DNA from: an uncultured Eubacteriales bacterium
GTDB taxonomy: Bacteria > Bacillota > Clostridia > Oscillospirales > Acutalibacteraceae
Assembly (NCBI GenBank): GCA_900315985.1
Contig: ONBD01000002.1
Span: forward strand, 520-64,519
DNA length: 64,000 bases
Direction: 5' to 3'
Within the stretch, counting starts at the first letter, position 1, and each line of letters begins with the position of its first letter. The notes beneath the pieces were generated by a model. It was not told the origin of the DNA. It ran no database searches and worked only from the letters and a program-made list of their open reading frames with translations. Shown here piece after piece: positions 25,763 to 35,037 of this stretch. Both the position numbers and the translations under genes were made by a program.

Positions 25763-27091
25763 ATGAAAAACAAAAGCTTTTTATACAATAAGCTTTATGA
25801 TTATTACAAGCAGCTGATACTGTCGGGCAAGCTTCCTGCGGGCACAAGACTGCCGTCAATAAGGCGTTGCAGTGAGCTTCAGGGAATGAGCAAAACCACA
25901 GTTGAGCAGGCTTATATGCTGCTTTGCGACGACGGCTATCTCATTCCCCGCAGTCAGAGCGGCTATTATGTTTCTGACAAGGCTAAAACGGTGGTCGAAA
26001 ACAGCGGTGCCGAGAGCGCAGAGGTTAAAGAAGAAAAGGCGTTGTCCGATTACACCTCGACGGGCGTTGACATAGAGGCTTTTGACCTTGATATATGGAG
26101 CCGTTACATAAAAAGCGCATTGAGGCACAGCGAAAGGCTTATGGATTACGGCGAGCCGCAGGGCGAGCAGGGACTAAGAAGAAGAATTGCGGAATATGTC
26201 AAGGAAACAAGAAACTGCGTCTGCTCCGAAAACGATATTGTAATAGGCGCAGGTGTGCAGACACTTCTCAACATACTCTGTCCGCTTGTTGAAACGAATT
26301 CCAAAACCGTGTATTTTTCCGATTCGGGTTACAGGCAGGGCATAGCGGTTTTTAAAAGCCACGGCTGTAAAATTACGGACACTTCGGAAAAAGCGCATAT
26401 ACTTTATGTATCTCCCTCACATATGTCTGCGGCAGGCGACATTATGGAGATAAGTGACAGGCATGAGCTTGTAAGCACAGCAAAAAGAAACGGTCAGCTG
26501 ATTATTGAGGATGACTATGACAGCGAATTCCGTGACCTCTCAAAGCCAACGCCCTCACTTCAGGGACTTGACAGCGAAAATGTAGTGTATATAGGCACAT
26601 TTTCAAAAATGCTGCTGCCCTCAATCAGAATAAGCTATATGATTCTGCCGCAGAAGCTTCTTAAAAGATATGCGAGAATAAAGGAATTATATAACCAGAC
26701 GGTTTCAATTCCCGACCAGCTTGCGCTTGAACAGTTTATTGCAGACGGCAGACTGTCAGCACAGCTGAGAAAGGCTAAAAAGCTGTATTCGCAGAAGTCA
26801 AGACTGCTTTCAGCCGAGCTTGAAAGGGTATTTGGTAATGACATAAGCGTTGTGAAAATGCCTACGCCGCTTTATGTAAAATGCGTGCTGAATTCTTCTG
26901 TCAGTTTTTCCTCTGCCGAAAAAATGCTCTCACAGGGGGAGAGGGCAGTAAAAATTATATGCGTAAACGAAAGTACGGAAAAGCTGACGCTTGCTTTTTC
27001 GGTTTCGTCTGTGCCTTTGCAGTTTATAAAAGGGGATGTAAGCCGTATCAGGCAATGCTTTTGTGAATTAAACAGCAAACAGAATTTTTAA
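25763..27091 (+). CDS. MocR/PdxR-type regulator (GntR HTH fused to an aminotransferase-like PLP domain)
   Basis: N-terminal LPSIRRCSELQGMSKTTVEQAY winged HTH, then a fold-type-I aminotransferase-like domain (EDDYDSEFR, GTFSKMLLPSIRISY). Divergent from pdxK. Confidence 0.85.
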   Translation: MKNKSFLYNKLYDYYKQLILSGKLPAGTRLPSIRRCSELQGMSKTTVEQAYMLLCDDGYLIPRSQSGYYVSDKAKTVVENSGAESAEVKEEKALSDYTSTGVDIEAFDLDIWSRYIKSALRHSERLMDYGEPQGEQGLRRRIAEYVKETRNCVCSENDIVIGAGVQTLLNILCPLVETNSKTVYFSDSGYRQGIAVFKSHGCKITDTSEKAHILYVSPSHMSAAGDIMEISDRHELVSTAKRNGQLIIEDDYDSEFRDLSKPTPSLQGLDSENVVYIGTFSKMLLPSIRISYMILPQKLLKRYARIKELYNQTVSIPDQLALEQFIADGRLSAQLRKAKKLYSQKSRLLSAELERVFGNDISVVKMPTPLYVKCVLNSSVSFSSAEKMLSQGERAVKIICVNESTEKLTLAFSVSSVPLQFIKGDVSRIRQCFCELNSKQNF

Positions 27092-27150
27092 AAAGCTTCA
27101 AAAATGTATCATTCAAGACACATTTTTGACAAAAACCCGACTTTTTTAAA

Positions 27151-27226
27151 TATTTCAAAAAAATCTTTTGAAATATCAGGAAATTTTGAAAAAATGATAG
27201 ATTTTTATCAATCTTGGTGCTATAAT
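27151..27226 (+). promoter_or_regulatory. Palindrome plus extended -10 promoter upstream of the hydrogenase operon
   Basis: TATTTCAAAA-AAATC-TTTTGAAATA (27151-27175), an extra half-site TTTTGAAAA (27184-27192), and TGcTATAAT (27218-27226). Confidence 0.45.
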
Positions 27227-27306
27227 TAACAATGCTAAATTATACTGTGAAATTTTGTGCTATTTTACAGGTTTGCAATACCATTTTTTAAGGAGGAAAT
27301 CGGTTA

Positions 27307-27804
27307 ATGCTTAAAAAGATTAGTAAAATTCCTTTTAAGGGAACCGCTGAGCAGGAGCAGAAGCTTAAGGCTGTTATCGCAGAGTGCGCTGACGACAAAA
27401 GCCTGCTTATGCATGTAATGCAGGAAGCTCAGGAAATTTACGGCTATCTTCCGTACGAAGTACAGGTTATGATTGCCGAAGGTATGAATGTACCGCTTGA
27501 AAAGGTTTACGGTGTATCAACCTTCTATGCACAGTTTGCACTTTCACCTAAGGGCGAGTACAACATTTCGGTATGCCTCGGAACTGCCTGCTATGTTAAA
27601 GGCTCGCAGGAGGTTCTTAACAAGCTTACAGAAACACTCGGCATAGGCGAGGGCGAATGTACTGCCGACGGTAAATTCTCACTTGAGGCTTGCCGCTGCA
27701 TAGGCGCTTGCGGACTTGCTCCCGTTATGACGGTTAACGACGAGGTTTACGGCAAGCTTAACGCTAAGGATGTTCCCGACATTCTTAAAAAGTACGGCAT
27801 CTGA
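27307..27804 (+). CDS. NuoE-like [2Fe-2S] subunit of a multimeric [FeFe]-hydrogenase (HydC/HndA type)
   Basis: 165 aa; SVCLGTACYVKG...CRCIGACGLAPVM thioredoxin-like 2Fe-2S motif; SD AAGGAGG. Confidence 0.9.
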   Translation: MLKKISKIPFKGTAEQEQKLKAVIAECADDKSLLMHVMQEAQEIYGYLPYEVQVMIAEGMNVPLEKVYGVSTFYAQFALSPKGEYNISVCLGTACYVKGSQEVLNKLTETLGIGEGECTADGKFSLEACRCIGACGLAPVMTVNDEVYGKLNAKDVPDILKKYGI

Positions 27805-27807
27805 TTT

Positions 27808-28374
27808 ATGCGAGAATTATCCTTGAATGTTCTTGACATTGCCCAGAATTCCATCACGGCGAACGCCTCGCTTATAACTGTTGAGGTGATTGAGGACACA
27901 GCGCTTCACACACTTTCAATAGATATAATCGACAACGGAAAGGGCATGAGCGAAGAACAGCTTTTAAGCGTTAGGGATCCGTTTTTTACCACACGCACAA
28001 CCAGAAAGGTCGGAATGGGGATTCCGCTTTTCAAGCTTGCGGCGGAGCAGACGGGCGGCAGGTTTTCAATAAACTCTGCGCTTGGCAAGGGCACTGTCGT
28101 AAATGCCGTGTTTAAAACGGACAGCGTTGATTTCACACCGCTTGGCGATATGACCTCTACGGTTATAATGCTTGTAACCATGAACACCGACAGGGATTTT
28201 GTTTACAGGCATACGCTTGACGGAAACGAATTTACATTCGATACCCGTGAAATCAAACAGATTCTCGGCGATGTTCCTTTGGACTCACCTGAGATTTCAG
28301 CGTGGCTGAGGGAATATATTGATGAAAACATAACTAACTTGTACGGAGGTGCAGATAATAATGAAAACACTTGA
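27808..28374 (+). CDS. Stand-alone GHKL/HATPase_c-type ATP-binding protein embedded in the hydrogenase operon
   Basis: 188 aa. N-box LNVLDIAQNS, DNGKGMS (G1 box), then GMGIPL and GKGT. No DHp/phospho-acceptor His domain or sensor domain. Confidence 0.8.
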   Translation: MRELSLNVLDIAQNSITANASLITVEVIEDTALHTLSIDIIDNGKGMSEEQLLSVRDPFFTTRTTRKVGMGIPLFKLAAEQTGGRFSINSALGKGTVVNAVFKTDSVDFTPLGDMTSTVIMLVTMNTDRDFVYRHTLDGNEFTFDTREIKQILGDVPLDSPEISAWLREYIDENITNLYGGADNNENT

Positions 28375-28735
28375 AGAGCTTATGGCTATCAGAGAACAGA
28401 CTAAAAAGAGAATGACAGTCAGAGAAGATACAGGCGACGATGTTATCAGAATCGTTGTTGGTATGGCTACCTGCGGTATTGCAGCAGGCGCAAGACCTGT
28501 GCTTAACGCACTCGTTGACGAGGTTGCAAAGCGCAATCTCAAGGGCGTAACAGTTGCACAGACAGGCTGTATCGGTATGTGTCAGTATGAACCTATTGTT
28601 GAGGTTATGGAACCCGGCAAAGAAAAGGTTACTTATGTAAAAATGACCCCTGAAAAGGCTGTCAAAGTTATAAACGAGCATATTGTAAACGGCAACCCCG
28701 TTGTAGAGTATACAGTAGGCGCAGTTGCAAAATAA
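28361..28735 (+). CDS. Small thioredoxin-like [2Fe-2S] ferredoxin (HndB type)
   Basis: VVGMATCGIAAGA...TGCIGMCQYEP. ATG 28361 follows SD GGAGGTG; the track GTG 28349 lies within the SD. Confidence 0.85.
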   Translation: MKTLEELMAIREQTKKRMTVREDTGDDVIRIVVGMATCGIAAGARPVLNALVDEVAKRNLKGVTVAQTGCIGMCQYEPIVEVMEPGKEKVTYVKMTPEKAVKVINEHIVNGNPVVEYTVGAVAK

Positions 28736-28748
28736 AGGAGGAAAAACA

Positions 28749-30557
28749 ATGTATCGTTCCCATGTACTTGTTTGCGGCGGTACCGGTTGTACCTCTTCAA
28801 ACAGCGCAGCTATAATCGAGGCTATGGAGTCCGAGCTTAAAAAGCAGGGACTTGAGAACGAGGTTAAGGTTATCAGAACCGGCTGCTTCGGTCTTTGCGC
28901 ATTAGGTCCGATTATGGTAGTTTACCCCGAAGGCGCTTTTTACAGTCAGGTAAAGGTTGAGGATGTACCTGAAATCGTTGAAGAGCATCTTCTGAAGGGC
29001 AGAATGGTTAAAAGACTGCTTTACGATGAGACAGTTAAGCAGGATGAGGTTAAATCACTTAAGGAAACAGAGTTCTACAAGAAACAGCACAGAGTTGCGC
29101 TTCGTAACTGCGGTGTTATCGACCCTGAAAATATTGACGAGTATATCGCATATGACGGCTATCAGGCTCTTGCAAAGTGCCTGACAGAGCTTAAACCCGA
29201 AGAGGTTATTGAAATAGTTAAAGCTTCCGGACTTCGTGGCCGTGGCGGCGGCGGATTCCCCACAGGCGTTAAGTGGAGCTTCACGGCAGCTAACCAGGCT
29301 GACCAGAAGTATGTTGTATGTAATGCCGACGAGGGCGACCCCGGCGCATTTATGGACCGTTCGGTTCTTGAAGGCGACCCGCACTGCATTATCGAAGCAA
29401 TGGCTATCTGCGGTTATGCAACAGGCGCAACAGAGGGCTACATATATGTCCGTGCCGAGTATCCTATCGCAGTTAAGCGACTTAACATAGCTATCAAGCA
29501 GGCAAGAGAGTACGGTCTTTTAGGCAAGAACATTTTTGATTCGGGCTTTGACTTTGACCTTCATGTAAGACTTGGCGCCGGCGCATTCGTTTGCGGCGAG
29601 GAAACAGCTCTTATGACATCAATCGAAGGTAACAGAGGCGAGCCGAGACCCCGTCCTCCTTACCCGGCAGTCAAGGGACTTTTCCAGAAGCCCACAACCG
29701 AGAACAATGTTGAAACCTTTGCAAACATTCCTCAGATTATCTTAAAGGGCGCCGATTGGTTTGCTTCAATGGGTACCGAGAAGTCAAAGGGTACAAAGGT
29801 ATTTGCACTCGGCGGTAAGATTAAGAATACCGGACTTGTTGAAATTCCTATGGGTACTACTCTCCGTGAGATTATTGAGGAAATCGGCGGCGGTATTCCC
29901 AACGGCAAAAAGTTCAAGGCAGCGCAGACAGGCGGACCTTCGGGCGGCTGTATTCCTGCTTCTCTTATGGACACACCTATCGACTATGACAACCTTACAG
30001 CTATCGGCTGTATGATGGGTTCAGGCGGACTTATTGTTATGGACGAGGACAACTGTATGGTTGACATCGCCAAGTTCTTCCTTAACTTTACTGTTGACGA
30101 GTCCTGCGGTAAATGCACACCCTGCCGTGTAGGTACAAAGAGACTTCTTGAAATGCTTGACAAAATCACATCAGGCAAGGGTACTCTTGAGGACCTTGAC
30201 AAGCTTGAAGAGCTTTGCTACTACATCAAGCAGAATTCACTCTGCGGTCTCGGTCAGACAGCACCGAACCCCGTACTTGCTACACTTAAATTCTTCAGAG
30301 AAGAGTATGTAGCTCATGTAGTTGACAAGAAGTGTGCAGCAGGCGTATGTAAAGACCTGCTCACATTCACAATCGACAAAGACAAGTGTATCGGCTGCGG
30401 CATGTGCGCAAGAAACTGCCCTGCAGACACAATTATTAAGACAGATTACATTGCAGAAGGTCATAAGCTTCCCTCTTACGAGATTATTCCCGACAAGTGC
30501 GTTAAGTGCGGTGCTTGTATGGCTAACTGTAAGGTTCATGCAATTTCAAAACAGTAA
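28749..30557 (+). CDS. NuoF-like NAD(P)H/FMN/FeS subunit of the hydrogenase (HydB/HndC type)
   Basis: LRGRGGGGFPTGVKW, CNADEGDPGAF, ESCGKCTPCR, plus N-terminal 2Fe-2S and C-terminal 2x[4Fe-4S] motifs. SD AAGGAGG. Confidence 0.95.
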   Translation: MYRSHVLVCGGTGCTSSNSAAIIEAMESELKKQGLENEVKVIRTGCFGLCALGPIMVVYPEGAFYSQVKVEDVPEIVEEHLLKGRMVKRLLYDETVKQDEVKSLKETEFYKKQHRVALRNCGVIDPENIDEYIAYDGYQALAKCLTELKPEEVIEIVKASGLRGRGGGGFPTGVKWSFTAANQADQKYVVCNADEGDPGAFMDRSVLEGDPHCIIEAMAICGYATGATEGYIYVRAEYPIAVKRLNIAIKQAREYGLLGKNIFDSGFDFDLHVRLGAGAFVCGEETALMTSIEGNRGEPRPRPPYPAVKGLFQKPTTENNVETFANIPQIILKGADWFASMGTEKSKGTKVFALGGKIKNTGLVEIPMGTTLREIIEEIGGGIPNGKKFKAAQTGGPSGGCIPASLMDTPIDYDNLTAIGCMMGSGGLIVMDEDNCMVDIAKFFLNFTVDESCGKCTPCRVGTKRLLEMLDKITSGKGTLEDLDKLEELCYYIKQNSLCGLGQTAPNPVLATLKFFREEYVAHVVDKKCAAGVCKDLLTFTIDKDKCIGCGMCARNCPADTIIKTDYIAEGHKLPSYEIIPDKCVKCGACMANCKVHAISKQ

Positions 30558-30569
30558 GGAGTGTGCCAA

Positions 30570-32312
30570 ATGGAAAATGTAAATATTAAAATCAACGGCA
30601 TGCCCTTAAGCGTGCCCAAGGGAATTTCAATTCTTGAAGCTGCAAGATATGCAGGCATAGAAATCCCTACACTTTGCTATCTTAAGGATATTAACGAAAT
30701 CGGCGCTTGCCGTATTTGTATGGTAGAGGTTGTAGGCGCAAGAAGCCTTGTTTCTGCCTGCGTATTCCCCGTAGCAGAGGGAATGGAGATTTACACCAAC
30801 ACAGAGAAGGTTCGTAAATCCCGTAAAACAACACTTGAGCTTATTCTTTCAACACATGACAAGAATTGCCTTACCTGCGTAAGAAGCGGAACATGCGAGC
30901 TTCAGCAGCTTTGTAAGGAATTCGGTGTTGACGATGCGGATTATTTCAAGGGCGAGGTTATTCAGTATGAGTTCGACGACTCCGCAGCTCATATGATAAG
31001 AAATAACAATAAATGTATCCTTTGCCGCCGCTGTATCGCAGCCTGCGACAATCAGGCAATCAGCGTTATCGGCGCAAATGCAAGAGGCTTTGACACTCAT
31101 GTTTCCTCTGCATTCGACAAGGACCTTGCTGATGTTTCCTGCATCTCCTGCGGTCAGTGTATCGTAAACTGCCCGACAGGCGCTATCGTTGAAAAGGATG
31201 ACACAGCTAAAGTGCTCGAGGCTATCAATGACCCCGACAAGTTTGTTATCGTAAATACCGCACCGTCAATCCGTGCAACACTCGGTGAAGCATTCGGTAT
31301 GCACATCGGCACAAATGTTGAGGGCAAGATGGTTGCTGCGCTTCGCAGACTCGGCTTTGATAAGGTATTTGATACCGATTTCGCAGCTGACCTTACAATT
31401 ATGGAAGAGGCTACCGAGCTTGTAGAGAGAGTTAAGAACGGTGGGGTACTTCCCATGATTACCTCCTGCTCACCCGGTTGGATCAAGTATTGCGAGCATT
31501 ACTACCCCGAGCTTATTCCGCACCTTTCAACCTGTAAATCACCTCAGCAGATGTTCGGCGCAACAATGAAGACATATTATGCTGAGAAGATGGGCATTGA
31601 CCCCAAGAATATGGTTGTTGTAGGCATTATGCCCTGTACGGCAAAGAAATTTGAAACCAAGCGTGACGATCAGTCAGCTTCAGGCTACCCCGATGTTGAC
31701 ATCGCTATTACTACAAGAGAGCTTGCAAGAATGATTGAGTCAGCAGGTATCTACTTCAATCACCTTCCCGACGAGGAATTTGACCAGCCGTTCGGCGAGT
31801 CAACAGGCGCAGGTACAATCTTCGGCGCAACAGGCGGCGTTATGGAGGCTGCTCTTCGTACAGCTGTTAAGATGATTACCGGCGAAGAGGCTGCATCACC
31901 CGACTTCGAAGAGGTTAGAGGTATGAAAAATATCAAGGAAGCTGATTATAAGGTAGGCGACCTTGATGTTAAGGTAGCAGTTGCTTCAGGCACAAAGAAC
32001 GCTCAGGTTCTTATGGACAAGATTAAGAACGGCGAAGCTGACTATCTCTTTATTGAGATTATGGGATGCCCCGGCGGTTGTATCAACGGCGGCGGTCAGC
32101 CTATTCAGCACGCAGTTGTCCGTAACTTCGTTGACCTCAAGGCAAGAAGAGCAGCAGCTCTTTATGAGGATGACAAGAAGGATGAAAAGAGACTTTCACA
32201 CGAGAACTCTGCAGTTAAGAAGCTGTATGACGAGTATCTCGGTGAGCCGGGCAGCCACAAGGCACATAAGATTCTCCACACATCTTATGTTCCGAGAAAG
32301 AAGTATAACTGA
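30570..32312 (+). CDS. hydA: [FeFe]-hydrogenase catalytic subunit (group A3-like, HydA/HndD)
   Basis: N-terminal 2Fe-2S and 4Fe-4S motifs. H-cluster signatures TSCSPGW, MPCTAKKFE and EIMGCPGGCINGGGQP. Confidence 0.95.
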   Translation: MENVNIKINGMPLSVPKGISILEAARYAGIEIPTLCYLKDINEIGACRICMVEVVGARSLVSACVFPVAEGMEIYTNTEKVRKSRKTTLELILSTHDKNCLTCVRSGTCELQQLCKEFGVDDADYFKGEVIQYEFDDSAAHMIRNNNKCILCRRCIAACDNQAISVIGANARGFDTHVSSAFDKDLADVSCISCGQCIVNCPTGAIVEKDDTAKVLEAINDPDKFVIVNTAPSIRATLGEAFGMHIGTNVEGKMVAALRRLGFDKVFDTDFAADLTIMEEATELVERVKNGGVLPMITSCSPGWIKYCEHYYPELIPHLSTCKSPQQMFGATMKTYYAEKMGIDPKNMVVVGIMPCTAKKFETKRDDQSASGYPDVDIAITTRELARMIESAGIYFNHLPDEEFDQPFGESTGAGTIFGATGGVMEAALRTAVKMITGEEAASPDFEEVRGMKNIKEADYKVGDLDVKVAVASGTKNAQVLMDKIKNGEADYLFIEIMGCPGGCINGGGQPIQHAVVRNFVDLKARRAAALYEDDKKDEKRLSHENSAVKKLYDEYLGEPGSHKAHKILHTSYVPRKKYN

Positions 32313-32331
32313 TATTTCACAGTTTAACATT

Positions 32332-32365
32332 AAAGCGGGCAGCGTAAGCTGTCCGCTTTCTTTAT
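32332..32365 (+). terminator. Intrinsic terminator of the hydrogenase operon
   Basis: AAAGCGGGCAGC-GTAA-GCTGTCCGCTTT followed by CTTTAT. Confidence 0.75.
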
Positions 32366-32559
32366 GCCATTTTTAATTCTGACGGGTAAACCGTTGAGTT
32401 CAGGTGAGAATTGCCGTAAAAATCGGCAAACAACAAGCTTTTGACCCTGCAATACATTCACCAAATTTGCCAAAATGCATATATTGTTAAAAATATCAAC
32501 AAGTTTAATGTGCAAATATACAATTTTGTCTAAAACTATGTTAAATTTTTAACAATTTG

Positions 32560-32589
32560 TTGACTTTAAGCTGTCGTTTTTGGTATAAT
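32560..32589 (+). promoter_or_regulatory. Extended -10 sigma-A promoter of serC-serA
   Basis: TTGACT (32560-32565), 18-nt spacer, TGgTATAAT (32581-32589). Confidence 0.6.
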
Positions 32590-32660
32590 TTTAAACTGTT
32601 GAAAGGTATTTTCGGCATTTATTATGTTAAATTTTGCAAATGCAATTCGGAGGTTATATT

Positions 32661-33743
32661 ATGGCAAGAGTTTACAATTTTTCCGCAGGTCCTTCAATGC
32701 TTCCCGATGAGGTGCTTAAGAAGGCAGCGGCTGAGATGCTCGACTATCAGGGCAGCGGTCAGTCCGTTATGGAGATGAGCCACCGTTCAAAGGTTTACGA
32801 TGACATCATCAAGGGGGCAGAGGCTCTTCTTCGTGAGCTTATGAACATCCCCGACAATTACAAGGTGCTTTTCCTTCAGGGCGGCGCATCAACACAGTTT
32901 GCGGCAATACCGCTTAACTTTATGAACGGCAGCGGCAAGGCTGACTATGTTATCACGGGTCAGTGGGCTAAAAAGGCTTATCAGGAGGCTCAGAAGTACG
33001 GCGAGGTTAAGGCTGTCGCTTCTTCTGCTGACAAGACATTTTCATACATTCCGAAGCTTGATAAATCAGAGTTCACTCCCGATGCAGACTACTTCTACAT
33101 CTGTATGAACAATACCATCTACGGTACTGTTTACCACGAGCTTCCCGATACAGGCGATGTTCCGCTTATTGCAGATATTTCATCATGCTTCCTTTCAGAG
33201 CCCGTTGATGTTACAAAATTCGGCATGCTCTACGGCGGCGCACAGAAGAATGTCGCACCTGCAGGTCTTACAATCTGCATTATCCGTGAGGATTTATTAG
33301 GCAAGGCAAGAGATATTACACCGACTATGCTTAATTATCAGATTCACGCTGACGCACAGTCGCTTTACAACACACCGCCCTGCTATACAATCTATATCTG
33401 CAAGCTTGTTCTTGAATGGCTTAAGGAGAATGGCGGACTTGAAGCTATGCGAGAGAAGAATGTTAAAAAGGCAAAGCTTCTCTATGATTTCCTTGACAAT
33501 TCAAAAATGTTCAGAGGTACTGTTGTTCCCGAGGACCGTTCGCTTATGAATGTTCCGTTTGTAACCGACTCAGATGAGCTTAATGCCAAATTTGTAAAAG
33601 AGGCAACCGAGGCAGGTCTTGTAAACCTTAAGGGACACAGAACCGTAGGCGGTATGAGAGCTTCAATTTACAACGCAATGCCTTATGAGGGCGTTGAAAA
33701 GTTAGTTAAATTTATGGCTGACTTTGAAAAGGCAAATTCATAA
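32661..33743 (+). CDS. serC: Phosphoserine aminotransferase
   Basis: MARVYNFSAGPSMLP..., SHRSK, GGAQKNVAPAGLT (PLP-Lys region). ATG 32661 follows SD GGAGG. Confidence 0.95.
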   Translation: MARVYNFSAGPSMLPDEVLKKAAAEMLDYQGSGQSVMEMSHRSKVYDDIIKGAEALLRELMNIPDNYKVLFLQGGASTQFAAIPLNFMNGSGKADYVITGQWAKKAYQEAQKYGEVKAVASSADKTFSYIPKLDKSEFTPDADYFYICMNNTIYGTVYHELPDTGDVPLIADISSCFLSEPVDVTKFGMLYGGAQKNVAPAGLTICIIREDLLGKARDITPTMLNYQIHADAQSLYNTPPCYTIYICKLVLEWLKENGGLEAMREKNVKKAKLLYDFLDNSKMFRGTVVPEDRSLMNVPFVTDSDELNAKFVKEATEAGLVNLKGHRTVGGMRASIYNAMPYEGVEKLVKFMADFEKANS

Positions 33744-33758
33744 TCAGGAGTAATTATA

Positions 33759-34922
33759 ATGTATAACATTTTAACCTTAAATAAAATATCCTCAACAGGT
33801 ATCAAGAATTTTTCAACCGATTACAAAATTGCAGATGATATTAAAAATCCCGACGCAATTCTTGTCCGTTCAGCTTCAATGCACGAAATGGAATTGGCTC
33901 CCGAAACGCTTGCAATCGCAAGAGCAGGCGCAGGCGTAAACAACATTCCGCTTGACAAGTGCTCAGAGGACGGCGTAGTTGTATTCAATACACCCGGCGC
34001 TAATGCAAATGCGGTTAAGGAATTGGTCCTTTGCGGACTTTTCCTTGCTTCAAGAAAAATAATTCCGTCAATCGAGTGGGTTAAGGCTACACTTAAGGGT
34101 GACGAGAATTTCTCAAAGTCAGTTGAAAAGGGCAAATCTGCTTTTGCAGGTCCCGAAATCAAGGGCAAGAAGCTCGGCGTTATAGGTCTTGGCGCAATAG
34201 GCGTGCTTGTTGCAAACTCGGCAAAATCACTCGGTATGGAGGTTTACGGCTATGACCCGTACCTTTCGGTTGACGCAGCTTGGAATCTTTCCCGCTCGGT
34301 TAAGCATGTTGTAAGCCTTGACGAGATTTTTGCAACCTGCGACTACATTACACTGCATGTTCCGCTTACCGATTCAACAAAGGGCGTAATCAACACCGTA
34401 AACATTGCAAAAATGAAGGATAATGTCAGAATTCTCAACTTCGCAAGAGGCGAGCTTGTTGACACAGCTGATATTATTAAGGCTCTTTCAGAGGGCAAGG
34501 TTGCTTCCTATGTAACAGACTTCGGCAATGACGCCCTGCTTGACGCTAACGGCGCAATCGTAATTCCGCACTTAGGCGCATCAACTCCCGAGTCTGAGGA
34601 CAACTGCGCTGTAATGGCTGTAAATGAAATAAGCGACTTCCTTGAGAACGGCAATATCACAAATTCGGTTAACTTCCCGTCAGTTTCCGTTCCGAGAACA
34701 GCCAAGTCAAGAGTTACGATTATTCATAAGAATATGCCCAATGTTATCAGCCGTATCACATCTGCTGTTGCAAGCGAGAATGTAAACATTGATAATATGG
34801 TTAACAAGTCAAAGGGCGAGTATGCATATACTATGATTGATACCGACACCGATATAAACGAGCAGGCAATTTCAGCTATAACTGCACTTGACGAGGTAAT
34901 CAGAGTAAGAGTAATTAAATAA
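33759..34922 (+). CDS. serA: D-3-phosphoglycerate dehydrogenase (with C-terminal ACT domain)
   Basis: GVIGLGAIG Rossmann motif, NFARGELVD, PHLGASTPES. Adjacent to serC. Confidence 0.9.
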   Translation: MYNILTLNKISSTGIKNFSTDYKIADDIKNPDAILVRSASMHEMELAPETLAIARAGAGVNNIPLDKCSEDGVVVFNTPGANANAVKELVLCGLFLASRKIIPSIEWVKATLKGDENFSKSVEKGKSAFAGPEIKGKKLGVIGLGAIGVLVANSAKSLGMEVYGYDPYLSVDAAWNLSRSVKHVVSLDEIFATCDYITLHVPLTDSTKGVINTVNIAKMKDNVRILNFARGELVDTADIIKALSEGKVASYVTDFGNDALLDANGAIVIPHLGASTPESEDNCAVMAVNEISDFLENGNITNSVNFPSVSVPRTAKSRVTIIHKNMPNVISRITSAVASENVNIDNMVNKSKGEYAYTMIDTDTDINEQAISAITALDEVIRVRVIK

Positions 34923-34938
34923 TTTCCGACAAAATTTT

Positions 34939-34974
34939 AACGGGTGTGATGCTTTCACACCCGTTGCTTTTTTA
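34939..34974 (+). terminator. Intrinsic terminator after serA
   Basis: AACGGGTGTGA-loop-TCACACCCGTT followed by GCTTTTTTA. Confidence 0.8.
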
Positions 34975-35037
34975 TTGACTAAAGCGCAGTTTAATAATAT
35001 AATTATTTTATCTATTAAACTGCTTTCGGGGGTATTT

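Noticed and set aside
27092-27306. Rex operator upstream of the hydrogenase operon
   Set aside because: I looked for TTGTGAA-N6-TTCACAA-like sites. Only TGTGAAATTTTGTGC (about 27246-27260) is present, and it is not palindromic, so no Rex call is made.
32366-32660. T-box or other riboswitch in the 295-bp region upstream of serC
   Set aside because: The consensus promoter lies only about 70 nt upstream of the ATG. I saw no terminator/antiterminator pair, specifier-loop context or T-box motif between the promoter and the SD.
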